A stretch of DNA of 64,000 nucleotides from Mayamaea pseudoterrestris (Eukaryota): assembly GCA_027923505.1 (NCBI GenBank), contig BROI01000014.1, forward strand, positions 744,001 to 808,000. Reading direction: 5' to 3'. Made by a program: the position numbers and the translations under genes. The notes beneath the pieces are model-generated. The model searched no databases. It was not told the DNA's origin and saw nothing but the letters and a program-made list of their open reading frames with translations. Positions 1 through 10,085 of this stretch are shown here, piece after piece (the first letter of the stretch is position 1; each line of letters starts with the position of its first letter).

Positions 1-558
1 TACCATATCAATATCTTGGAATTTGTCGCCATTGTTATCAATGTCGTCTTGGCGCTGGGAACCCTTGCCCATGATGATACCATGCGGCACAGCCAACACA
101 TTTTCAACGTCTTGGCCGACAACACCTCGGCTCTCTCCTGGATGCGGCATGCGGCGAGTTGCAAAGCTACAGAAATCAGGCGACTGGCACGCTTCTTTCA
201 CGCAATTACAACTTACCAACCTCTTGCTCTCCGCATTCAGGCAAACCACATTCCAGGAAAGGACAATGTGGAGGCAGACCGCCTCTCTCGCTTCACGCCG
301 TCGACTCTCTCGTGGGCATCCGTTATCTGTCCGGACACGCAGGCATTGGCAGCTTGCAAAGTTTACCTAGTGGAGCGCGAGCTGCTTTCCACAATCTCGT
401 CCGTGATCAATGGGAGCGCGAGCGAGGCGACATACGGTCCAGAAACGATCGCGCGTTTGATCAAAGAGCCTCGCATTTTGGCAGATGGAGCCTCCAGGCA
501 GGATTCACAGACCAGTCTTTTGCGGAAATCGCATCGGGGCAAGAAATCGCGGTCTTAG
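1..558 (+). CDS. Retrotransposon pol C-terminus: DIRS-type RNase H (5'-truncated by the window)
   Basis: Frame +1 reads YHINILEFVA...ADNTSALSW...HIPGKDNVEADRLSR, matching the HINxLE, DN and HIPGxxNxxADxLSR motifs of DIRS RNase H. Confidence 0.88.
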   Translation, partial: YHINILEFVAIVINVVLALGTLAHDDTMRHSQHIFNVLADNTSALSWMRHAASCKATEIRRLARFFHAITTYQPLALRIQANHIPGKDNVEADRLSRFTPSTLSWASVICPDTQALAACKVYLVERELLSTISSVINGSASEATYGPETIARLIKEPRILADGASRQDSQTSLLRKSHRGKKSRS

Positions 559-1613
559 CAGGCTACTTGTTTGCAGTTGCCTCTGGCGAGACGTCCTTGG
601 AGATTGACAAAAACAAGCTAAAAGGAAAGGCAAACGCACAACAAGATCCATTGATGGTGAAGACATTAGTGGGTTACCTAAACGCCGCGCACTCTCTCCT
701 CGAGTTGTTCCTCAATCGCAAGTTTTCCATTCACAACCCCAACAGAGAGGGTTATCACCCCATGCTAGCAGACATCCTTGCTAGTAGGCGCAAGTGGCAG
801 AAGGCACGAGAAAAGCGCGAGCCTTTCACCAACAAAATGTTTGAGCATTTATATGCCTCTTTGAAACAGGCAACAGCTCAAAACGTCACTGTGAATCTCG
901 ATCTACAGGCCGCAGTTTTTGATTGGACTTGCCTTGGCGCCTTTACTGGTTCACGTGCCAATGAATACGCTCAAACTACAGCACGAAGAGGTTGCTTCAG
1001 CAAGGTTCCTGCCAATAAGGACGCCGGCGAGTGGGCACACCAGCCATTGGCTTTCATTGACTTGGACTTCATGTTCTACACAGCCGACAGTGTACTACTC
1101 CCACATGACAAGCTGCTAAAACATCCAGCCGCAGCCGCCAAATTGCACTTGCGTTTTCGCTACGACAAAAGTCAAAACAACTTTTCCATTCGAAAGTTTA
1201 AACGGTCTGGGCATCCCTTCATTTGCCCTATAGCAGCTAGCGTCTCCATCATCGGACGCGCGCGCTGCCTCCATAACAAATCGTCAAAAGAACCTTTGGG
1301 CGTCTTTCGCACTTCTGGCACGGGAAGCTACGACTATCTACAGTCACGCGATATTATCAAGGTGATGCGCGAAGCAGTGGTTGGAGCATACCCCGACCCA
1401 CAGCATTTCCTTCGCCAGAATGTGACTCGCATTGTGGCTCACTCTAACAGAGTCACAGCTGCCGTTGCCTTGCAGAATGCAGGTCTTGATATTCAAGAGA
1501 TTGCATTCAGGTTGCGCTGGTCTGCACCATCAGTTCAACATTACCTTCGAGAAAGCTCCCAGGAAGTCGGGCGCCTGACGCTCAAGGCTATCCAGGGAGC
1601 AGTTTTAATTTGA
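159..1613 (+). CDS. Tyrosine recombinase/integrase of the retrotransposon (true start uncertain; first in-frame ATG at about 654)
   Basis: Catalytic R-H-R-W-Y pattern: GSRANEY, HSNRVTAA, LRWS, VQHY. Uninterrupted frame overlapping the RNase H ORF. Confidence 0.87.
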   Translation: MQSYRNQATGTLLSRNYNLPTSCSPHSGKPHSRKGQCGGRPPLSLHAVDSLVGIRYLSGHAGIGSLQSLPSGARAAFHNLVRDQWERERGDIRSRNDRAFDQRASHFGRWSLQAGFTDQSFAEIASGQEIAVLAGYLFAVASGETSLEIDKNKLKGKANAQQDPLMVKTLVGYLNAAHSLLELFLNRKFSIHNPNREGYHPMLADILASRRKWQKAREKREPFTNKMFEHLYASLKQATAQNVTVNLDLQAAVFDWTCLGAFTGSRANEYAQTTARRGCFSKVPANKDAGEWAHQPLAFIDLDFMFYTADSVLLPHDKLLKHPAAAAKLHLRFRYDKSQNNFSIRKFKRSGHPFICPIAASVSIIGRARCLHNKSSKEPLGVFRTSGTGSYDYLQSRDIIKVMREAVVGAYPDPQHFLRQNVTRIVAHSNRVTAAVALQNAGLDIQEIAFRLRWSAPSVQHYLRESSQEVGRLTLKAIQGAVLI

Positions 1614-1908
1614 GTGTCGCTCACGACCTCGTCTACTAGCAGACGTTACAATCTTCTGCAACTTTGAGATTACTAGGTTACGAGACTGTAGCTAAAGGTT
1701 TGCATCCGAGTCGCCGGCCTTTGGTCTGGCTGCTTGTGCGCTCCTCGTCTTTAGCTAGCTCCTCCTTATCAGGGGCAATCTCCAGGGTCTTTCCACAGAT
1801 CCAGAGTCTTCTCGTTCTCCTTCTCTTTCCTTCTTCCGCGGTTCTCGCCACACGGCCTCTTTGTTTGTTTGTGTGGCGTGACTGCCCCCAGCAAGCTGTT
1901 GTTCGTGT

Positions 1909-2119
1909 GGGTTGTGGCGAATCCTCCTCACAGGATTCGCTCCAGTCATCATTGATGACGTGGTTGTTGCTCCAGGGACCCGGAGTTTGCACTCCGAGTC
2001 CACATAGCAAATGCAACCACAGGACATCGCTGCCGACTTTGGGCAGCTGGCCGGGCGCAGCCTAGCACGCGGAAGGAAACAGCCGAGCGACGGAGGGCAA
2101 TCTGCACTTGTGCTGATTG
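1909..2119 (+). repeat. Split direct repeat B1 (211 bp)
   Basis: gggttgtggcgaatcc...gtgctgattg, same as 2361-2571 except one mismatch I could see (ggaagg/ggaaag). Confidence 0.95.
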
Positions 2120-2360
2120 TCCGGCTCAGGGCGGATGCTTCGAGGAGACTGCCTTGGGGACACTCATAAGATACCCTTATGAGTACACTGTGATCGATAG
2201 TCACGTCATCAGTGGTGCGGGAGAGAAGAATGGGAACAGCTACCGACAACGGGCAGACCACATGCCAATGTTGATCGGGTTGCCTCCCATTCCTTTGGTT
2301 AGCTTGCCGACCTTGTTGTTGTCTAGCAAGCTCTCTGTTGTTTGTCCCACCCACCCACCC
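2120..2360 (+). repeat. Putative A2 segment between B1 and B2 (expected to copy the element's 5' terminus)
   Basis: Position between two direct repeats at the element's 3' end fits the A1...B1-A2-B2 layout; A1 is outside the window, so unverified. Confidence 0.6.
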
Positions 2361-2571
2361 GGGTTGTGGCGAATCCTCCTCACAGGATTCGCTCCAGTCA
2401 TCATTGATGACGTGGTTGTTGCTCCAGGGACCCGGAGTTTGCACTCCGAGTCCACATAGCAAATGCAACCACAGGACATCGCTGCCGACTTTGGGCAGCT
2501 GGCCGGGCGCAGCCTAGCACGCGGAAAGAAACAGCCGAGCGACGGAGGGCAATCTGCACTTGTGCTGATTG
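2361..2571 (+). repeat. Split direct repeat B2 (211 bp), right terminus of the element
   Basis: Copy of 1909-2119 at offset 452; immediately followed by satellite sequence ccaaaaatacaccag. Confidence 0.95.
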
Positions 2572-5500
2572 CCAAAAATACACCAGAATGGTGCCAGCAT
2601 CATTATTCAGGCTGCGCTACAAGATGGTAGGCTTGGCTGGTGTCTCAGGGGATGGCAATGTATTTGGTGACAACTTGTCACCAGTCTCAGCCCGCAGATG
2701 CCGTGACATTCAAACGCCCCTACAGCAAGCCCTGTGGGTGCCCAAAATACACCAGAATGGTGCCAACATCATTATTCAGGCTGCGCTACAAGATGGTAGG
2801 CTTGGCTGGTGTCTCAGGGGATGGCAATGTATTTGGTGACAACTTGTGACCAGTCTCAGCCCACAGATGCCATGACATTCAAACGCCCCTACAGCAAGCC
2901 CTGTAGGTGCTCAAAATACACCAGAATGGTGCCAACATCATTATTCAGGCTGCGCTACAAGATGTTAAGCTTGGCTGGTGTCTCAGGGGATGGCAATGTA
3001 TTTGGTGACAACTTGTCACCAGTCTCAGCCCGCAGATGCCATGACATTCAGACACACCTACAGTAGGCCCTGTAGGTGCCCGAATGGTGGCAACATCATT
3101 GGTCAGGCTGCGCTACAAGATGGTAGGCTTGGCTGGTGTCTCAGGGGATGGCAATGTATTTGGTGACAACTTGTCACCAGTCTCAGCCCACAGATGCTGT
3201 GACATTCAAATGCCCCTACAGCAAGCCCTGTGGGCGCCCAAAATACACCAGAATGGTGCCAACATCATTATGCAGGCTGCGCTACAAGTTGGTAGGCTTG
3301 GCTGGTGTCTCAGGGGATGGCAATGTATTTGGTGACAACTTGTCACCAGTCTCAGCCCACAGATGCCGGGATATTCAAACGCCCCTACAGCAAGCCCTGT
3401 GGGTGCCCAAAATACACCAGAATGGTGCCAACATCATTATTCAGGCTGCGCTACAAGATGGTAGGCTTGGCTGGTGTCTCAGGGGATGGCAATGTATTTG
3501 GTGACAACTTGTCACCAGTCTCAGCCCGCAGTGCCATGACATTCAAACGCCCCTACAGCAAGACCTGTAGGTGCCCAAAATACACCAGAATGGTGCCAAC
3601 ATCATTATTCAGGCTGCTCTACAAGATGGTAGGCTTGGCTGGTGTCTCAGGGGATGGCAATGTATTTGGTGACAACTTGTCACCAGTCTCAGCCCGCAGA
3701 TGCCGTGACATTCAAACACCCCTACAGCAAGCTCCGTAGGTGCCCAAAATACACCAGAATGGTGCCAACATCATTATTCTGGCTGCGCTACAAAATGGTA
3801 GGCTTGGCTGGTGTCTCAGGGGATGGCAATGTATTTGGTGACAACTTGTCACCAGTCTCTGCCCGCAGATGCCGTGACATTCAAATGCCCCTACAGCAAG
3901 CCTTGTGGGTGCCCAAAATACACCAGAATGGTGCCAACATCATTATTCAGGCTGCGCTACAAGATGGTAGGCTTGGCTGGTGTCTCAGGGGATGGCAATG
4001 TATTTGGTGACAACTTGTCACCAGTCTCAGCCTGCAGTTGCCGTGACATTCAAACGCCCCTACAGCAAGCCTTGTGGGTGCCCAAAATACACCAGAATGG
4101 TGCCAACATCATTATTCAGGCTGCGCTACAAGATGGTAGGCTTGGCTGGTGTCTCAGGGGATGTCAATGTATTTGGTGACAACTTGTCACCAGTCTCAGC
4201 CTGCAGTTGCCGTGACATTCAAACGCCCCTACAGCAAGCCTTGTGGGTGCCCAAAATACACCAGAATGGTGCCAACATCATTATTCAGGCTGCGCTACAA
4301 GATGGTAGGCTCGGCTGGTGTCTCAGGGGATGGCAATGTATTTGGTGACAACTTGTCACCAGTCTCAGCCCGCAGATGCCATGACATTCAAACGCCCCTA
4401 CAGCAAGCCCTGTAGGTGCCCAAAATACACCAGAATGGTGCCAACATCATTATGCAGGCTGAGCTACAAGATGGTAGGCTTGGCTGGTGTCTCAGGGGAT
4501 GGCAATGTATTTGGTGACAACTTGTCACCAGTCTCAGCCCACAGATGCCGTGACATTCAAACGCCCCTACAGCAAGCCCTGTGGGTGCCCAAAATACACC
4601 AGAATGGTGCCAACATCATTATTCAGGCTGCGCTACAAGATGGTAGGCTTGGCTGGTGTCTCAGGGGATGGCAATGTATTTGGTGACAACTTGTCACCAG
4701 TCTCAGCCCACAGATGCCGTGACATTCAAACGCCCCTACAGCAAGCCCTGTGGGTGCCCAAAAATACACCAGAATGGTGCCAGCATCATTATTCAGGCTG
4801 CGCTACAAGATGGTAGGCTTGGCTGGTGTCTCAGGGGATGGCAATGTATTTGGTGACAACTTGTCACCAGTCTCAGCCCTCAGATGCTGTGACATTCAAA
4901 CAGCCCTACAGCAAGCCCTGTGGGTGCCCAAAATACACCAGAATGGTGACAACATCATTATTCAGGCTGCTCTACAAGTTGGTAGGCTTGGCTGGTGTCT
5001 CAGGGGATGGCAATGTATTTGGTGACAACTTGTCACCAGTCTCAGCCCACAGATGCTGTGACATTCAAATGCCCCTACAGCAAGCCCTGTGGGCGCCCAA
5101 AATACACCAGAATGGTGCCAACATCATTATTCAGGCTGCGCTACAAGTTGGTAGGCTTGGCTGGTGTCTCAGGGGATGGCAATGTATTTGGTGACAACTT
5201 GTCACCAGTCTCAGCCCGCAGATGCCGTGATATTCAAACGCCCCTACAGCAAGCCTTGTGGGTGCCCAAAATACACCAGAATGGTGCCAACATCATTATT
5301 CAGGCTGCGCTACAAGATGGTAGGCTTGGCTGGTGTCTCAGGGGATGGCAATGTATTTGGTGACAACTTGTCACCAGTCTCAGCCCGCAGTGCCATGACA
5401 TTCAAACGCCCCTACAGCAAGCCCTGTAGGTGCCCAAAATACACCAGAATGGTGCCAACATCATTATTCAGGCTGCGCTACAAGATGGTAGGCTTGGCTG

Positions 5501-8500
5501 GTGTCTCAGGGGATGGCAATGTATTTGGTGACAACTTGTCACCAGTCTCAGCCCGCAGATGCCGTGACATTCAAACGCCCCTACAGCAAGCTCCGTAGGT
5601 GCCCAAAATACACCAGAATGGTGCCAACATCATTATTCTGGCTGCGCTACAAAATGGTAGGCTTGGCTGGTGTCTCAGGGGATGGCAATGTATTTGGTGA
5701 CAACTTGTCACCAGTCTCTGCCCGCAGATGCCGTGACATTCAAACGCCCCTACAGCAAGCCCTGTGGGTGCCCAAAATACACCAGAATGGTGCCAACATC
5801 ATTATTCAGGCTGCGCTACAAGATGGTAGGCTTGGCTGGTGTCTCAGGGGATGGCAATGTATTTGGTGACAACTTGTCACCAGTCTCAGCCCGCAGATGC
5901 CGTGACATTCAAACGCCCCTACAGCAAGCCCTGTGGGTGCCCAAAATACACCAGAATGGTGCCAACATCATTATTCAGGCTGCGCTACAAGATGGTAGGC
6001 TTGGCTGGTGTCTCAGGGGATGGCAATGTATTTGGTGACAACTTGTCACCAGTCTCAGCCTGCAGATGCCGTGACATTCAAACGCCCCTACAGCAAGCCT
6101 TGTGGGTGCCCAAAATACACCAGAATGGTGCCAACATCATTATTCAGGCTGCGCTACAAGATGGTAGGCTCGGCTGGTGTCTCAGGGGATGGCAATGTAT
6201 TTGGTGACAACTTGTCACCAGTCTCAGCCCGCAGATGCCATGACATTCAAACGCCCCTACAGCAAGCCCTGTAGGTGCCCAAAATACACCAGAATGGTGC
6301 CAACATCATTATTCAGGCTGCGCTACAAGATGGTAGGCTTGGCTGGTGTCTCAGGGGATGGCAATGTATTTGGTGACAACTTGTCACCAGTCTCAGCCCA
6401 CAGATGCCGTGACATTCAAACGCCCCTACAGCAAAGCCCTGTAGGTGCCCAAAATACACCAGAATGGTGCCAACATCATTATTCAGGCTGCGCTACAAGA
6501 TGGTAGGCTTGGCTGGTGTCTCAGGGGATGGCAATGTATTTGGTGACAACTTGTCACCAGTCTCTGCCCGCAGATGCCGTGACATTCAAACACCCCTACA
6601 GCAAGCCCTGTGGGTGCCCAAAAATACACCAGAATGGTGCCAGCATCATTATTCAGGCTGCGCTACAAGATGGTAGGCTTGGCTGGTGTCTCAGGGGATG
6701 GCAATGTATTTGGTGACAACTTGTCACCAGTCTCAGCCCACAGATGCTGTGACATTCAAACGCCCCTACAGCAAGCCCTGTGGGTGCCCAAAATACACCA
6801 GAATGGTGCCAACATCATTATTCAGGCTGCGCTACAAGATGGTAGGCTTGGCTGGTGTCTCAGGGGATGGCAATGTATTTGGTGACAACTTGTCACCAGT
6901 CTCAGCCCGCAGATGCCGTGACATTCCAACGCCCCTACAGCAAGCCCTGTGGGTGCCCAAAATACACCAGAATGGTGCCAACATCATTATTCAGGCTGCG
7001 CTACAAGATGGTAGGCTTGGCGGGTGTCTCAGGGGATAACAATGTATTTGGTGACAACTTGTCACCAGTCTCAGCCCACAGATGCCGTGACATTCAAAGG
7101 GCCCTACAGCAAGCCCTGTGGGTGCCCAAAATACACCAGAATGGTGCCAACATCATTATTCAGGCTGCGCTACAAGATGGTAGGCTTGGCTGGTGTCTCA
7201 GGGGATGTCAATGTATTTGGTGACAACTTGTCACCAGTCTCAGCCCGCAGATGCCGTGACATTCAAACGCCCCTACAGCAAGCCTTGTGGGTGCCCAAAA
7301 TACACCAGAATGGTGCCAACATCATTATGCAGGCTGCGCTACAAGATGGTAGGCTCGGCTGGTGTCTCAGGGGATGGCAATGTATTTGGTGACAACTTGT
7401 CACCAGTCTCAGCCCGCAGATGCCATGACATTCAAACGCCCCTACAGCAAGCCCTGTGGGTGCCCAAAATACACCAGAATGGTGCCAACATCATTATTCA
7501 GGCTGCGCTACAAGATGGTAGGCTTGGCTGGTGTCTCAGGGGATGGCAATGTATTTGGTGACAACTTGTCACCAGTCTCAGCCCACAGATGCCGTGACAT
7601 TCAAACGCCCCTACAGCAAAGCCCTGTAGGTGCCCAAAATACACCAGAATGGTGCCAACATCATTATTCAGGCTGCGCTACAAGATGGTAGGCTTGGCAG
7701 GTGTCTCAGGGGATGGCAATGTATTTGGTGACAACTTGTCACCAGTCTCAGCCCGCAGATGCCGTGACATTCAAACACCCCTACAGCAAGCCCTGTGGGT
7801 GCCCAAAAATACACCAGAATGGTGCCAGCATCATTATTCAGGCTGCGCTACAAGATGGTAGGCTTGGCTGGTGTCTCAGGGGATGGCAATGTATTTGGTG
7901 ACAACTTGTCACCAGTCTCAGCCCACAGATGCTGTGACATTCAAACGCCCCTACAGCAAGCCCTGTGGGTGCCCAAAATACACCAGAATGGTTCCAACAT
8001 CATTATTCAGGCTGCGCTACAAGATGGTAGGCTTGGCTGGTGTCTCAGGGGATGGCAATGTATTTGGTGACAACTTGTCACCAGTCTCAGCCCGCAGATG
8101 CCGTGACATTCAAACGCCCCTACAGCAAGCCCTGTGGGTGCCCAAAATACACCAGAATGGTGCCAACATCATTATTCAGGCTGCGCTACAAGATGGTAGG
8201 CTTGGCGGGTGTCTCAGGGGATGGCAATGTATTTGGTGACAACTTGTCACCAGTCTCAGCCCGCAGATGCCGTGACATTCAAAGGCCCCTACAGCAAGCC
8301 CTGTGGGTGCCCAAAATACACCAGAATGGTGCCAACATCATTATTCAGGCTGCGCTACAAGATGGTAGGCTTGGCTGGTGTCTCAGGGGATGGCAATGTA
8401 TTTGGTGACAACTTGTCACCAGTCTCAGCCCACAGATGCCGTGACATTCAAACGCCCCTACAGCAAGCCCTGTGGGTGCCCAAAATACACCAGAATGGTG

Positions 8501-10085
8501 CCAACATCATTATGCAGGCTGCGCTACAAGATGGTAGGCTTGGCTGGTGTCTCAGGGGATGGCAATGTATTTGGTGACAACTTGTCACCAGTCTCAGCCC
8601 GCAGATGCCGTGACATTCAAACGCCCCTACAGCAAGCCCTGTGGGTGCCCAAAATACACCAGAATGGTGCCAACATCATTATTCAGGCTGCGCTACAAGA
8701 TGGTAGGCTTGGCTGGTGTCTCAGGGGATGGCAATGTATTTGGTGACAACTTGTCACCAGTCTCAGCCCGCAGATGTCGTGACATTCAAACGCCCCTACA
8801 GCAAGCCCTGTGGGTGCCCAAAATACACCAGAATGGTGCCAACATCATTGTTCAGGCTGCGCTACAAGATGGTAGGCTTGGCTGGTGTCTCAGGGGATGG
8901 CAATGTATTTGGTGACAACTTGTCACCAGTCTCAGCCCGCAGATGCCGTGACATTCAAACGCCCCTACAGCAAGCTCCGTAGGTGCCCAAAATACACCAG
9001 AATGGTGCCAACATCATTATTCTGGCTGCGCTACAAAATGGTAGGCTTGGCTGGTGTCTCAGGGGATGGCAATGTATTTGGTGACAATTTGTCACCAGTC
9101 TCTGCCCGCAGATGCCGTGACATTCAAATGCCCCTACAGCAAGCCCTGTGGGTGCCCAAAATACACCAGAATGGTGCCAACATCATTATTCAGGCTGCGC
9201 TACAAGATGGTAGGCTTGGCTGGTGTCTCAGGGGATGGCAATGTATTTGGTGACAACTTGTCACCAGTCTCAGCCTGCAGTTGCCGTGACATTCAAACGC
9301 CCCTACAGCAAACTTTGTGGGTGCCCAAAATACACCAGAATGGTGCCAACATCATTATTCAGGCTGCGCTACAAGATGGTAGGCTTGGCTGGTGTCTCAG
9401 GGGATGTCAATGTATTTGGTGACAACTTGTCACCAGTCTCAGCCTGCAGTTGCCGTGACATTCAAACGCCCCTACAGCAAGCCTTGTGGGTGCCCAAAAT
9501 ACACCAGAATGGTGCCAACATCATTCTTCAGGCTGCGCTACAAGATGGTAGGCTCGGCTGGTGTCTCAGGGGATGGCAATGTATTTGGTGACAACTTGTC
9601 ACCAGTCTCAGCCCACAGATGCCGTGACATTCAAACGCCCCTACAGCAAGCCCTGTGGGTGCCCAAAATACACCAGAATGGTGACAACATCATTATTCAG
9701 GCTGCTCTACAAGATAGCTTGGCTGATGGAAGACCAGTTGCAAGCCAACCTGCAAACCAAATGGTAACAATCAAGTACAGCAAGCCTTGTGGGTGCCCAA
9801 AATACACCAGAATGGTGCCAACATCATTATTCAGGCTGCGCTACAAGATGGTAGGCTTGGCTGGTGTCTCAGGGGATAAATAACCAGTGCAACGTCAACC
9901 TGCACCAGATGCTGTGACATTCAAACGCCCCTACAGCAAGCCCTGTGGGTGCCCAAAATACACCAGAATGGTGCCAACATCATTATTCAGGCTGCGCTAC
10001 AAGATGGTAGGCTTGGCTGGTGTCTCAGGGGATGGCAAGGTATTTGGTGACAACTTGTCACCAGTCTCTGCCCGCAGATGCTGTC
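2572..10085 (+). repeat. 169-bp tandem satellite, array 1 (about 44 monomers)
   Basis: Unit cccaaaatacaccagaatggtgccaacatc...tggtgacaacttgtcacca...cctacagcaagccctgtgggtg recurs every 169 bp; mixed with minisatellite sequence at about 9715-9905. Confidence 0.97.

Larger units (their letters stand above)
1..2571 (+). mobile_element. DIRS-order tyrosine-recombinase retrotransposon (Ngaro/PAT-like, split direct repeats), 3' portion; 5' part lies before the window
   Basis: DIRS-type RNase H ORF, overlapping YR ORF, then two 211-bp direct repeats separated by 241 bp, ending abruptly at satellite DNA. No recognisable methyltransferase domain between RH and YR, which fits Ngaro better than DIRS1/PAT. 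Confidence 0.88.

Noticed and set aside
2180..2215. Hammerhead ribozyme core (CUGAUGA on the minus strand; UUGAUGA in B; CUGAGA in the satellite minus strand)
   Set aside because: None is followed by stem II plus GAAA in the required arrangement.
1664..2583. ORFs on both strands across the terminal repeats
   Set aside because: They overlap non-coding repeats, duplicate each other and show no known motifs.
2572..2740. Satellite monomer as 5S rRNA, tRNA or snRNA tandem genes
   Set aside because: No recognisable conserved sequence, cloverleaf or Pol III boxes; an Rfam scan would be needed to exclude it fully.
2572..10085. CRISPR-like array with palindromic repeats
   Set aside because: No unique spacers (the whole unit repeats), no cas genes, eukaryotic context.
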